A stretch of DNA of 64,000 nt from Octopus sinensis. Lineage: Eukaryota. Location: positions 124,620,001 to 124,684,000 of the forward strand of contig NC_042999.1 in assembly GCF_006345805.1 (NCBI RefSeq), written 5' to 3'. This document shows, piece by piece, positions 37,681-52,324 of the stretch (the stretch's first letter is position 1; the number at the start of each line of letters is the position of its first letter). The notes beneath the pieces were generated by a model, which saw only the letters and a program-made list of their open reading frames with translations, was not told the origin of the DNA and ran no database searches. The position numbers and the translations under genes were made by a program.

Positions 37681-37716
<36 letters not shown>

Positions 37717-38010
37717 GTATCATTCTCATCATCACACACACACACACACACATATATACATCGTTGCTGTGGCCAGTGCTAGTGTCATGTAACTGGCACT
37801 TGTGTGTACATATGTGTATGTGTGTATCTGTGTGTGCATGTGTATGTGTGTATTAGTGTAACTTAGCAGCTCAGCAAACAGAAACCAGTAGAATAAGAAC
37901 CAGACATTAAAAACAAATAAGTACCAGAGTCAGTTCATTCATTTAAAATTCTTCAAGGCAATGCTCCAGCATGACCACAGTCTAATGACTGAAAAAAGTA
38001 AAAGATAGAA
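37485..38010 (+). mobile_element. RTE 3' UTR fragment (37485-37680) and SINE tail (37790-38010)
   Basis: ggcattaggaagggcattcaacc; gtaacttagcagctcagcaaacagaaaccagtagaataag...gctccagcatgaccacagtctaatgactg. Confidence 0.6.
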
Positions 38011-38415
38011 AAAAATTCTTTGAACTTACAAACAAGCCTAAAAAGTACTCAATAAAGAAGAGGAAAAATTAATTATTTATTGTAGTGATCAATAATTGAC
38101 TAAAATGAACTTTACATTGGAATTGAACCAGTTTACTTCTCATACCCATGTAAGCATACTCACCATTACAACAGAAAACAATTTTCTTCCAAACAACTGC
38201 AATAAATATACAGTTCTATATCTGCATGCAAAGATCATGGTTGAATCATGTAAGATTTGTTGGATAACTTAATCCACAGAGAATAAGGTAAATTACTCAT
38301 AGTATCTTTAATATTGCGAAATCTGGATTGGTCTGATATTTGACCCTTAAGAATATGAAACAAATTCTAAATTATAGCCAAGATTTTGTTAATAAAACAC
38401 AATTAATTGCTATGT

Positions 38416-38452
<37 letters not shown>

Positions 38453-38544
38453 ACATACACACATATTTACATGCTATTATTAATTGCTTTATATGTACAT
38501 CAAGATCTAATTTCAAAAAAATACATGTGTGTGTGTGTGTGTAT

Positions 38545-38603
<59 letters not shown>

Positions 38604-39340
38604 ATATATATATATATACACATAAATATGTGTATATGGAAATATATCTATATATAAAGTTTATATGGGGAAATGCTATCCAATAATTCCTGTAGATGTA
38701 TCAAATGTGTGTGTGTGTGTGTTTCATGTACAAGGATTTATAATTAAGACAGTTTAATGATAAGATAATTAGATTTATCATGATTCATACTCATCCTGCT
38801 TTATGCACATGTATCCATCTCAGATGTATGGTGGAGTTCGTGTGTGTATGTCAGTATACACATGGCCATAAACATATGCCTATAAATATAGATTAGATAT
38901 AGATAAAGATATTGATTGTATGTTTATTCGCTTTGAGTTTTATGTATATACATTTCTAAACTACTGTATGTATGTATGTATGTATGTATGTATGTATGCA
39001 TGTATGGATGGATGGATGGATGTATGGATGTATGTATGTATGAATGGATGTATGTATGTGTGTGTAAATATATATGCATATGTGTAAATGTACAAGAGAT
39101 ACATATGTTGTGTAGCCTCACATTAAATACAACAGAACTATGATTAAAGGCATTTCAACCATGACCATCATTTCTCTTGTCTCTCTTTAGACATAGTTTT
39201 GCTGGGACTATGTTTATTTAATATATCTTCCCATATTCAAAATGGTAGGATAGGATTTAAGGGATATTTTGTTGCTATTACTAATATTCATGTAAGCACA
39301 TAAAGGCTCCTTCTTCAGATTTGTTCAAAAATATGATGTA

Positions 39341-40652
39341 TACAAGCTGGTATCAAAACATTCCCGGACTAGTTCAGTAGCACACCAACAGATGGCAGCA
39401 CACTATTGTGTGCACAGTAAAAGCTAGCATTGACCTTCATAAGGCAGTGTGTTGAGTAACAATGCTGTGTTTACTTTACAAGTTGTGAAATTTGTGTTTT
39501 TATAATCATATGTATGCTGTAGTCTGCAATTTTTGTCATGGACATGAAGCTGGAACAAAGAGCGAATGTGAAATTTTTGTGTTAAACTTGGGAAGTCTGC
39601 TGCAAAGACATTAAGCATGCCTCAGCAAGCTTACAGCAATGAGGCAATGGGTTGTATGCAATGTTTCGAGTGACACAAGCACTTTGGAACTGGAAGAACA
39701 TCCGTGGAAGAGCAATCTGGAAGATCTGCCACAAGCATCATCCCCAGAAATGTGGAGAAAATTCATCAGTTTGTGCATGATGATCATTGGAGGACAATCA
39801 GTAGCATTACTGATGTTTTTGGTCTGTCATATGGATCTGTACAAGCAATCCTAACGTCTGAGTTGAGCATGCAGTGTGTCTCTGCCAACTTTGTCTCCCA
39901 CCTGCTGACCACTGAGCAGAAAGAACATCTTGTCAAAGTCTGTCAAGATTTCCGTCAGTGTGCTGCTGATGACCCATCTTCCATGTCAAAGATCATCACT
40001 AGTGACAAGAGGTGGATCTATGGGTATAACCCTGAGATGAAGCAGCAGTCATCACAATGGAAGAGCCTTTCATCTCCATGACCAAAGAAAGTACGACAGA
40101 GCTACAGCTTAATCAAGATCATGCTTGTTGATTTTTTGACATCCACGGTATTGTGCATCAAGAATTCATCCCGCAGGGCCAGACCATCAATCAAGAGTCC
40201 TACTGTGACGTTTCAACTGTTTGAGATAGGACATTCAGCAAAAACAACCGGATTTGTGGAGCATGAGGAATTGGTTTCTTCACAACAACAATGCACCCTG
40301 TCACCAAGCTCTCCTCACTCATAACTTTCTCATCAGAAACATAGTATCATTTCTGCACCAACCCTTTTCACTAGATTTAGCACTTACAGACATCCACCTC
40401 TTCCCCAAGATGAAAATGTAGGTCAGAGTTCGCTGTTTTAACACTGTTGTCAAGATCAAGAGCGAATCACAGATCCTTAACTTGCTTCCAGAAAACAATT
40501 TCCAGGCCAGATTCCAAAAGTGGCAGGAACACTGGGACCAGTGTACTGCTATGCAAAGTGGCTATTTCAAAGGAGATAATGTTAAAACTTATATAAATAA
40601 ATTATTTTTTATTAAACATAACTAGTTTAGGAACTTTTTGATACCACCTCAT
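39341..40652 (+). mobile_element. Complete, decayed mariner (Tc1/mariner) DNA transposon, ~1.31 kb
   Basis: TA-flanked ~30-bp TIRs: taCAAGCTGGTATCAAAACATTCCCGGACTAG versus the right-end reverse complement taTGAGGTGGTATCAAAAAGTTCCTAAACTAG. Confidence 0.92.
39538..40590 (+). pseudogene. Mariner transposase pseudogene
   Basis: MDMKLEQRANVKFCVKLGKS...; ORF 39704..40081 has VSANFVSHLLT and ITSDKRWIYGYNPE (cf. ITGDETWxYxYDPE); a YSPDLAP-like remnant lies near 40360-40400; stops and frameshifts present. Confidence 0.88.
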
Positions 40653-40799
40653 AGTTCCAAATAGTATGAGAACTGGTTGGAGAAAGTTCAGGAAGCTACT
40701 AACACTGCTAACAACATATATATATTTTATTATTTCACAACTATGTTCCATGCACACATGCATCAATTCATATTTTATAAATTTTTATAATTTATAAAC

Positions 40800-40855
<56 letters not shown>

Positions 40856-41099
40856 TACACATACATGATAGTTTCTTATTTCTTATATTGAAAGTATATT
40901 CATTCAGTATGCATGTATGTTCTTTAATAGATGTTCAATAAGCATTACTTTTAGAATGTTTGCTAGTAAAAATAGACGAGAGAAACGTATCAGGATGTAA
41001 AGTAAATGTACGGCAAAGAAATAAAAGAAAGTACAGTAAAACAAGATAGAAAGAAAAACACAAGGAGAAAATGTAGAGAGAAGTGAAAAGATGATAAGT

Positions 41100-41380
41100 T
41101 GACAGTTGGTGTCTGATGGATGATTTGTGGTGTCAGCAATGTGTTGTTAAATTCGGTGCAGACTTGCATGCAAGGTCACATTACATGTAGATGTGATCCA
41201 GTACAGTCATTCTCATATGGCTGGTGTGCATGTAGTACAGCTTTTGGCTTGCATTCGAATCCACAAATGTTGCACTGTGTATTTAAGCAGTATGTTTGGT
41301 TCTTGATTTATGGAAACACACTGTGCTATAATGGAATTGGAGATGCAGTAAATCTTCCTCTTTCAGTTTCTGAAGATCTG
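41100..41380 (-). mobile_element. Probable RTE C-terminal Cys/His fragment
   Basis: Minus translation QCNICGFECKPKAVLHAH; could instead be a decayed C2H2 zinc-finger sequence. Confidence 0.35.
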
Positions 41381-41413
41381 TGTATTATATACTATGGGTA
41401 TATACTATGTATT

Positions 41414-41482
<69 letters not shown>

Positions 41483-42057
41483 GAGAGAGAGAGAGAGAGA
41501 GATGGAGGGAGGCAGGCAGAAAGAGACTTATACATATACAGATAGATAGGTACTTAGATGCAGATATATATATATATATGTGTACATATATATATATGTG
41601 TATATATATATATATACACACACAAGCACACTCACACAAAGACACATATATATATACATCATCATCATTTTTTTTTTTGTTTGCTTTAGCCATGTGACTG
41701 CAGTCCTGCTGGAGCACCACCATATATGTGTGTGTGTGTGTGCGTATGTATGCTTGTATGTGTATGTGTGTGTATGTATGTGAGTGTGTGTGTGTGCGTG
41801 TTTTTACTCTGTTAACATTATGTACCACATAAAAACAGTGCTACTGTATAGATGGTGTTGTTGTTTACATCTGCAACAAAAACATGTCCACCATTGAAGG
41901 TTCAACTATGAAAAAAACAGACAAAATAATACCTTGCTTAGAAACAAGTGAGGGTGAGTGATGGTAAGGACACCTGACTGTAAAACATTGCTTCAAAAAG
42001 TCTTGTTTAACCTATGCTATCTTGGAAAAGTAAACGTTAAAATATAAGGAAAATATG

Positions 42058-42088
<31 letters not shown>

Positions 42089-42199
42089 CTGTGTCTGTGT
42101 GTCTGTGTGTGTGTGTGTGACTTTACAGACACACACACATGCACATATAAATATATTTATAAGGAAAAGTTTATAACTGCTCTGAAGTTTGGGCTTTGT

Positions 42200-43240
42200 T
42201 GCATGTTTAACACCAAAACCTCAAAATAACTATCAATATTTTTCTTTGGAAAAAGAGTATGTTGCTTTACTAAAAGATTTTGAGTGACAACATGGAGAGG
42301 AGCATCCTGCTACATGGTCAATTGCTGGTCTCCCATATTAGCTGCTCAAATTTGCATCCTGGAGAGGACATGGCAGTACTGTCTCATTGTGATGCTACAA
42401 CACAGAAAACAGCAGCTCAAATTGGCATGGAGCTCGGTGCCAGAAAAGATCACAATCTCAATGAACAGCTATACTTCACCCTAAATCAGGTAAACACCAG
42501 CCAATTCAGTGCTGTCCTGTCATAATCCATATGTTTCATTGGATGCAGATGGCTTAGGGAGACAAGTAGCATGAATTGGATGAAGTAAATATAATGCACA
42601 AATCATAACAAGTAAACAAAAGAACAAACCAGCTTTCAAGTTAGTGTGCTTGAAAGTAAACACCATGATCTCTGGACCTGCTGAAGATCAATGACATAAG
42701 AAGCACAGTTGTGGATAACAAAGAACTGTTAAAATTACAAGTGTACATTGCAAACCTTCAAGAGACATTTATTATAGAATCAGAACTATATGTGGGAAAC
42801 AGTGTATCTTTTACTGGTTGGAGACGTACATGGATGAAACTAGAGAGTATAGTGTTGGCTTTGTTGGAAGGAATTCACTGCTGAAGATGGTGGTTCCCTG
42901 AGCAGATTTAGTCATTTCAACACATACATTTGATGAGCCTATCAACCTTGTCATGTTTCAACCTTCTACACTTCACAAGATACAATGGAAAATTGTATGG
43001 CACTTTTTATTCTGACAATAATGCCTGAGCCAACGTTGGTGGCAAGCTATATCAGTCCAAATTGGCAGCCTTTCCCTAGAATAACATCAGTGGCATAAAG
43101 ATGGGATATGTACATGCAACTTCCGATCTTCATTAAAGATTCTTGGTCATAGATGTGCAGGTGAATGGTCAGCTTTAACTGATGGAGTCCTTACCCAGTC
43201 TTAATTTGAGTACACGAAATAAGTATTTTCTTAGATTTTT
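42200..43240 (+). mobile_element. RTE LINE 5' part: putative 5' UTR plus apurinic-endonuclease domain, decayed
   Basis: ELLKLQVYIANLQET (42723-42767) and FYW...REYSVGFVGRNSLL match the APE N-terminal pattern DIAALQET...REYGVGF. The UTR assignment is inferred. Confidence 0.7.
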
Positions 43241-44552
43241 AATTCAAATAATGTCAAATTAAATTTCAGTTGTATCCATCATTTTACTACAGAAATACAA
43301 ATGTTAATACTAAAAATCTTCAACAGTTTCATACAGCCTATTCTTCGAGTTTGTGCATTTGTTTCAACCACCATAAAATGCCCATTAAATAATTTATGTC
43401 TTTTGAAATTGATTGTATATTGTGAAGCTATTATTACCTCTTCTTAACAGAGAATCCTTTCAAGTTATGATATTGTCAACATCAATGTGCTTTCAGAAAT
43501 CCATAAAGCTCTTTGAGCAAATATTCTTTAAGAAATAACAATATCAGAAACCATAAAATTATTTGAACATTGGTTATGACTATTGTATAAAATGAATATA
43601 TTGTTCCATATGAATTCTATTTTAAATATCTGTATAATGCTAATATATTTTTGTATAGGTAAATCAAAATATTGGCTGATATATCTTAAAATGCCAAGTG
43701 GTTGGATATCAGAATCTTATACTATTATACTGATACTTGTTCCATACAAATCATGAATTTTCTTTTGTTAAGATGCATTGCACTTTTAATGTGTTTGTTA
43801 TTATCAGTCAGAGTTTTTTATCAAAATATTTCAAAATGCCCAGCAAGTTGAAAGCCAAACAACCTTGTATAATACTGTTACATGCTCCAATGAAATCACT
43901 GAACTTAGGAAGGCTAACAGAAATGTAATTAATATGCTGGAGAGGGAAGCAGAAAATGATTCATCATCAATATGATAGAGATATGTGACAGAAAGACCAA
44001 AGCTAGAAGCAAAGAACAAACCTTCAGAGAGCAGTAGAACAAAATAGTTGCTGCATGGTTGGAGTGGTGACAGTTACATCTGGCTTGGCATGGTTAACAA
44101 GAAGGGAAAAAAAAACATGCTACAGTATAAGCTAAAACAACTCAGATATTCCCAGATAGTGCCAGTTCAGTTTAGGCACCAATGGGGAAATGAAACTACT
44201 TGAAATGTGCCAAAATTGCTATGATCTCCAGTTAAAAACTGATCAGAAGAGTACTATCCTACAAAAGAAGCTGAGTGTAATGTGTGCATGCACACACATG
44301 CATGTGTATGTGTGTGTATGTGCATATAAGTGTGTATGTATGTGTCTGTCAGTTTGTCTGTCTCCTTGTTTTGACATTGCCCTGCTGTTGTAAATAAGTG
44401 CCATCATCACACAGGTGATTATCCGGCTTGGAAATAAGTGAAGGTTAGTGACAGGAAGGGTATCCTGCCATAAAAAGGCAACCACAATGAACTCCATCCA
44501 ATCTGGGCAACTATGGAAAAATGGATGATAAAATGATGATCAGGACAATGAT

Positions 44553-44623
<71 letters not shown>

Positions 44624-44639
44624 CACTTGTAGAATAAAC

Positions 44640-45350
44640 ACTAAAAATGTGCAGAAAATAGAATCCAGTGCCAGTGGGGTAAGCTAGAGGTAGTTGATAG
44701 CTTCTGCTATCTAGGTAACCAAGTCAGTAGTGGAGGAGGATGCTCAGAGAGCATAGCTGTGAGAATAAGAATAGGCTTGGCAAAGTTCAGAGAGCTCTTA
44801 CCTCTGCTGGCAACAAAAGACCTCTCCTTCAGAGTAAAAAGGCAGACTGTATGATGCCTGTGTGTGAGCAGCCAAGCTACATGGCAGTGAAACATGGACT
44901 GTGACAGCCAAGGACATGTGTAGGCTTGAAAGAAAGGAGACTGGAATGCTTTGCTGGATGTGCAATGTCAGTGTGCAAGTACGACAGAGTGTAAGCTTCT
45001 TGAGAAAAAATTTGGGCATAAGAGGCATCAGATGTGGTGTGCAAGAGAAATGACTGCACTGATATGGTAATGTGATGCATATGGATGAGGACAGCTGTGT
45101 AACGAAGTGCCAATCTCTAAGTGTGGAGGGAACATGGGGAAGAGGTAGATCCAGAAAGGCATGGGATGAGGTGGTGAAGCATGATCTTCAAACTTTGGGG
45201 CTCACAGAGGCAATGACAAGTGAATGAGACTTTTGGTGATATGCCATACTTGAAAAGACTCATTAAGCCAAATAAAATCATAGTCGTGGCCAATGCTGGT
45301 GTCACATAACAGGCACCCATACAGATGGCATATAAAAAGTACCTTTCTAG
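44640..45350 (+). mobile_element. RTE LINE 3' coding fragment
   Basis: gctagaggtagttgatagcttctgctatctagg...ggcaaagttcagagagctcttacctctg; same family as 7440-8200. Confidence 0.85.
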
Positions 45351-45764
45351 CATGGAGCTTCACAGAGGCAATGACAAATGGCTGAAAAGTTCAAAGGCTA
45401 ACCAAAACGTGGTTTTTTATGTATTGATCATATGAAAATGTAACTCTAAAAGTGTTCAATATCCACTTGGATCATCTCTTTGATACCTTCCTGTATTAAC
45501 AATTATGCTATGAAAGCCAACTGAAATACAATTGACATTCACAGGTATATACATATATGTATACATTTATATATATTATATATATATATATATATATGCA
45601 CGTGCATATATATGTACATATATCACATATATATATATAAATATATATATAAAGTGTACATATATGTGGAATATGGCGGACGAAAGGACTTCACTACTTA
45701 ATGTCAACAGCAGAGCAATGTCTCCATTTGGCCATCGATTGCCAGTGACCCTGTTATCCTGTGG

Positions 45765-46210
45765 GTTCCAATAGGCCAGCAGGAATTTTCTGAAATGCAA
45801 GCACAGTGCAAAGACCTCCGTTCTGGAGTTAAGGATGAATGTTCCCTGGGTTGATGGAGTCTTTTAGAATCCTCACCCATTCTGCTATGCATAATTTACA
45901 GTGCTTGGTCCCATTTATGTAGGGGCCTGGATTTTCTAGGGTTCTCCATGATATTGTGTATGAAATCCCATTATCTTTCAGCTGCCATACATGGCTGGTT
46001 AATAACGTAACATGTCTCCTTTTCAGTATCCTGAAGGAGGAACTGTGGTTCGAGAGGTTTTGTTTGAGTGTGTTCCCAGAGTAGCCAATTTATCTCCATG
46101 GTCGAGTGTTGGTGGTGCTGTGTCTGTTAGAGTTGACATTGATGCTACCACTGTTGTTAGTGTTGTTGTTGTAGTTGTTGGTACTGGCACTGTTGGTAAC
46201 GATGCTGTTA
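45765..46210 (-). pseudogene. Penelope-like element GIY-YIG endonuclease C-terminal relic
   Basis: Frameshifted minus translation: R*IGYSGNTLKQNLSNHSSSFR / TERRHVTLLTSHVWQLKDNGISYTISWRTLE...YINGTKHCKLCIAE / LNSRTEVFALCLHFRKFLL. This follows the Penelope pattern YIG...FKxRxxNHxxSF...LSxHxWxLKD...IxW.IL...CxLCxxE...LNxRxE...CxHxxKFLL. Confidence 0.72.
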
Positions 46211-46286
46211 TTGTTGTTGTTATGGTCATCATCATTAATAGAGTTGTTGTCACTGCTGTTATAGATATCATTGGTGACATATATAT

Positions 46287-46329
<43 letters not shown>

Positions 46330-46338
46330 CAGGTAGAG

Positions 46339-46451
<113 letters not shown>

Positions 46452-47049
46452 TGCATTTATGTGCATAGGTAGACTTTATATCTGTACATACATATGAATA
46501 CATGCATGTATGCATGCAGGAACATATGTATGAATAAATGCGTTTAAACATGCATGCATATAAATGCATGAATGATGTCTCTGAATTCAACAGAAGCCTC
46601 AAACAGTATTCCATTCAAAATTCAGAGCAGATTTTTGTTAAAGATATGGCAATCTAAGTAAAAGTGAAAGTTGGCAGTTAGCTAGCTATTCCTGACATTG
46701 ATATACTCTCTGTGTTGTAGCAAACCAAGAATAATGAACTAATCATTGAGAGATATATTTGAACTAGAGTTAAATGGAATTTCTACCAGTGAACAACAAG
46801 GAATCCTTTTCATCAAGGCCAATTCAAATTTGAAGCTGCTCCCTAACAGAGTCTCTAAAAACCTGTATGAACAAAATTCCAGTTATTCTTGAGACCAATA
46901 AAGTAATTTAATAAGTTTGATAATTATGAATTTGCAAAATTAAAGATTTTTTCTCATCCCATATCCACTCATACCATAACTGCAATTCACTCCTGGTACT
47001 AAAACGTTTTCACATTCCTGCATCATAAAATCATCTGATCTTCCAGAAA

Positions 47050-47470
47050 TACAAGAGTTGGTTGAAAAGTTCAAAGGCTAACCAAGATATTCCTACAGAA
47101 TGTGACCAAATGTGGTTTATTATTCAACATAGTCCCCCTTATAATCCACTCACTTCTTCCATCAGTGTTGCAGTGCTTGGATCCCATTGGTGAAGAAGCT
47201 TTCATCTTGAGAGTCAAAAAAAGTCATCAACAACAGATATGACATCATCATCACTGCAATACTAGTTCCCAGCCAAGTAGGGGTTCTTTTATGTTGGAGA
47301 ACACATGATAGTCAGATGGGGCCAAATCAGGAGATTAGGGCGGGCGATCAGCCAGTTCAAAGCCACAGTCATGCAGAGCAACCATTGAAAGCAAGAACTT
47401 GTGTGCTGGAGCATTAAAACAAGACCCCATTTGTCAGTTTTCCTGGGCATTCAATCTTGATAGCCTTTTG
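47050..47470 (-). mobile_element. Mariner 3'-end fragment with one TIR
   Basis: Minus PDLAPSDYHVF and FFDSQDESFFTNGIQALQH*WKK*VDYKGDYVE; TIR at 47050-47085; a 21-bp piece of the same TIR at 45384-45404. Confidence 0.8.
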
Positions 47471-47524
47471 TAACTGCCTCAGTAGGTTGGTATAATTCTT
47501 TATATGTACACACATGCACACATA

Positions 47525-48075
47525 CAACAGGCTTCTCTCAGTTTTCAGCAGTCAATTTTACTCACAAGGCTCTGGTCAGCCTGAGGCTATAGTAGAAGCC
47601 ATTTGTCCAGTGTGCCACACACTGGGACTGAACTCAAAACACACATGATTGAAATATTCTTTTATTTATTTCAGTCATTTTGACTGCAGCCATGCTAGAG
47701 TACTGCTTTTGAGTCCAACAAATCAACCCCAGGACTTATTTTTTGTAAGCCTAATACTTATTCTATTGATATCTTTTGCCAAACCACTGAGTTACAGGGA
47801 TGTAAACACACCAACATCGGTTATCAAACGATGGTTGGCAGACAGACACAGACATACACACACACACATACACACACTAACACACACTAACACACACACA
47901 CACACACACACACACATACGATGGGCTTCTTTCAGCTTCCATCTACCAAATCCACTCACAAGGCTTTGGGCAGCCTGAGACTATAGAAGACACTTGCCCA
48001 AGGTGCCACACAGTGCGATTGAACACGGAACCATGTGGTTGGTAAGCAAGCTACTTACCACACAGCCACTCCTGT
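47525..48075 (-). mobile_element. Two composite tRNA-SINE copies (47525-47645 and 47660-48075)
   Basis: Same family as 13915-14325. Confidence 0.75.
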
Positions 48076-50569
48076 GTAAATTTCAATAATTATAACACTA
48101 CTTTCCTTTATTGGAAGGCAGCAATATTTGGCTGCGTTATCAAGAATCAGAACTTCTATGCCCACATTTTTAGGACACATTGAATGAACATCAAGAGCTG
48201 GCAGAGTATATGACTTCAGCACATGATAAAGTGTGTGGTGAAGGCTAGGGGCTGTCTGAGACTGTTGATCCTTTGCAGTGTTTAAGTCATAGGACTGCAG
48301 CCATGTTGAGGCACCACTTCTAATGGTGTTCATCAGTCATATTTATCCCAGTACTTATATAACTGTAATATTTATTTTATCAGTTTCAATCTAATTAATT
48401 GAACCACTAAGTTACAAGTATTTTTTTAAGTCTGATGTTTTTTTCCACAAGAAACATAAAACACAGTGGCAAATGCATGCATACACACATATGCATGCAT
48501 GCACACGTGCAAACACACACACACACACACACACATGCAACCTTTATAAATTTCTGCTTCACACATTTTTTTTTAGAAATTATATCCAAAAAAAACAGAA
48601 ACAGAAAACATGAAGTAAAACAAACATTTTCCAGTTCAATATTGAACAAAGAAGAAATTTTACTGTCAATTATTTCAAAAAGAAAAGAAAACCAAATTAC
48701 ATTCATTATACATTTTCTTGGAATGTCTTACAACAACATGAATGTCACTTGTTATGCATGTTACAATGGACTGTCTCCACTAACCTTTATTAGAAATCAT
48801 GCTGGAACAGATTTTTCTATGGACTAATCAATGAAAGCATTGAACACAATTAGCTTTGTTTAATTATATTTAATAATGGTGATTAAATATAATGAACACC
48901 TAAGAGCATAAGATAAGTTCCCAACAAGACAAGGGTAATCTCGTCAAGTTTGGTCTAGTCTTGTCAACAACATAGTTTCAATTCTCAGCTGGAATTTATT
49001 TAACTTCACTTGCACCATAAATGCTCCTCTAAATTTATACAATTTCCTGTTTCCCTCTCCCTTCAAAACTTGAGAGTTTCCTAATTAATAAAATGAATAA
49101 AACTAGTGCTACTGGTGATTAGTTAGATAAGGGTGGGTGTTTAACCATTTCATAACTATATTTCTAATGAAATGCACTGCCTGTTCTTTCATCTAATTTT
49201 GAAAATAATTGAGAATTTTGTTGCCTTTACTAAGATAACTATCTTTTACATTTATTCCTGTCAAGTCAGTGTGTTAGAACATTATACAACAAAGCAATTT
49301 TGCATAAAATTATGAAGAAAGGTTTTAATTTAAATATGAATGCATACTTTCAAACAGGCAGTTTTATATCCTAGAAGCAAAGGCAGTCTCAGGTGGATTG
49401 ATATCAAAAAGGTCACTAATAAACAAACATACTTTAGCTTTTTTTCTGTACTCAAAGAGGAGGTGAGAATGAATTGAAAATTATTTTCAAAGTGTTGTAT
49501 TTTAAGTCAGCTGAATGAGTGAAGTAGTAGAACATAAAACAGAATGCCTTGTAGTATTGATTATGTTTCTTTATGTTCTAGTTTTAAAATCCTGCTGGGG
49601 CCAACTTTGCTCTTTATTTCTCCAGGTTAAAAGAAACAAAATACCAAACGAACACAAGGGTTGACTCAATCAATTATACCTCTCCTCCATACAATGTTTT
49701 ACCTTAGATCAATATGAGAATTCAGTACTTAGTTTCAACTTTCCATGTTGTCATAGTCAAGACTACACTCAAAAGTTCATCTTGCTCTTCAGAACCAAAA
49801 TATACTTTATATTTAAACAGTTGCTGTTCCTTCTAAGTCCTCTCTCTGTTTTCTTTACTATTTCTACAATAGCTCCTGCTTCTCTACTCTGCCAAAGACC
49901 ATTTAATGCACCTTCCCCTCCTATTCATGTCACCTTTCCTGTGTTTCACCTATGGAGTCTAAATTAAACACTTTCAAAATTCCTTCTCACCCAGAACAGT
50001 CACTCGCTGAAATACTTTTTTCGTATTGCCTACATTATCCAAAAAAACATTTTAGTGTAAAAGTTCAAGCTAAAATCAACTTCACTAGTCTAGGAGACCC
50101 TGGAAAGTTTATAGATATGGTACTTCCTCCTCATCTTCATCATCATTCTCATACTTCTCATACAAACTAATAATTTCTGATATAGGTATAAAGCTACATA
50201 TTTCGGTGAGAGGATATAATCAATAAAAATTAATCTTAGTACTTCATTGGTACTTATTTTATTGACACTAGACAGCTGAAGGATAGTCTACTGCAGCAGG
50301 TCTTGAACTTCAATTTAAAAATAACTATAAGGTATTTTATTCATTACCTTAATGTTTTGGCCATCCATTATACATTTTTTCATGTTATCCACCACTTTTC
50401 TCAAAGCAAGTAATGCAATATTTGCTGCTGAAGTTGACTTCACTGTTCATCTCTCTGGAATTGGTAAAATAAATAAGGAGTTGCAATTATAGCGTTGAAT
50501 CAATATAAGAAATTTATAGCCTTGAATCAATATCAGAAACCATTATTATTTCATTAATTATTTTATTTC

Positions 50570-51565
50570 AGGTTGCAAACTGGCAGAATCATTTGCACAT
50601 CAAATAAAATGTTTAGTGGCATTTCTTCCAGTTTTTCACATTCTGAGTTCAAATTCCACCAAAGCCGACTTCGCCGTCTATCTTTTTAGGGTCAACAAAA
50701 TAAGTACCAGTTTAACACTGAGCTCATTGAAACTTCAGGTTTTATGCCTATGTCTTATATTTTTATCCTGTTTCAGTCATCTGACTGAGACCATGCTGAG
50801 GCACTGCCTTGGGGGGTTTTAGTCAACCAAATCTACACTAGGACTTATTCTTTAAAGCTTAATACTTATTTTATCAATCTCTTTTGCTGAACCACTAAGT
50901 TACAGGGATGTAAACACACCAACACCAGTTGTCAAGTGGTGATAAGGCACAATTGGTTGGCACTCCATCAGTTACGACAACAAGTGTTCCAGCTGATCTG
51001 ATCAACAGAACAGCCTGCTCATGAAATTAATGTGCAAGTGGCTGAGCACTCCACAGACACATGTACCCTTAACATAGTTCTCGGGGAGATTCAGCATGAC
51101 ACAGAGTGTGACAAGGCTGGCCCTTTGAAATACAGGTACAACAGAAACAGGAAGAAAGAGTGAGAGAAAGTTGTGGTGAAAGAGTACAGCAGGGTTCGCC
51201 ACCATCCCCTGCCAGAGCTTCATGAAACTTTAGGTGTTTTCACTCAATAAACACTCACAACGCCTGGTCTGGGAATTGAAACCATGATCCTACAACCGTG
51301 AGTCCACTGCCCTAACCACTGAGCCATTGCGCAACCACAGTGAGGAACAAACACAGACAGAAACACACACACACACACATACATACAAACACACACACAC
51401 ACACACATAATATATACAGTGGGCTTCTTTTAATTTCTATCTATCAAATTCGCTCAAAAGGTTTTGGTTAGCCCAAGGCTATAGTAGAAAGTGCACACAG
51501 TGAGACTGAACCTGGATCCATGTAATTGGGAAGAAAGCTTCTTACCACACAGCCATGCCTGCACT
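50570..51565. mobile_element. Nested SINE cluster: Nin-like (+, 50570-50720); composite SINE (-, 50760-51565) interrupted by another SINE (50955-51340)
   Basis: Recognised heads and cores shared with 14462, 13915, 9795 and 21545. Confidence 0.65.
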
Positions 51566-52324
51566 ATAGCAGAAAAAATTATTATTTTATTTTATTATTA
51601 ATATATTAAGCTACTAGCTTAATGGCTAGTGCCATCAAAAATGATGGCTAATTGTAGCATTTTATATATAAATAAGGTACAAAACCTTATTTTTTTTTAT
51701 TTTTCTTTTCACTGTTGAATGTTCACCATCCTACTTCCATTGCACACACACACACACACACACACATAAACATTCATATACCTCCCTTTTACATACACAC
51801 ACCTATATTCACACAGAGTTGAAATGCTGTTTGATTTTTTTTCACTGTAGAATTTCCATCATCCTACTACCAATTTGCCATCACCCTTTCCTTATTCATC
51901 TATCACCCCTTTCTTTCTCATTCGTATGTTGTGATGGTGAAAAATACATGAGTATTATTATAGTAGATGACTACAGAATACTGATAGAAAATATTTTCAA
52001 ACAATAGACCTCTTAAGGTTTTTGAGTCTAGTAGTACTGACTGTCTGGGCAACCTCTACACTTGGATTTTTCTCTCAGATTCACTGACTTTGCCTTTTCT
52101 GTAATCTGGAGAGACCTGAGTAAGAGAAACACTTTGATAAAACAAAACATTTCAAACAATTTAGTCTCTGTTCATAATCAGGTACCATCGTATATGTTCT
52201 TCAGTTGGAATTGAACTCACTAATCATTATTCCACACAGGTTACCTGTGAATAAAAAAATATTTGGAAGCTCTGCATTAAATATAAGCTTTGTAAGTTTA
52301 ATTCCAGCTGAAGCACATGTAGAT

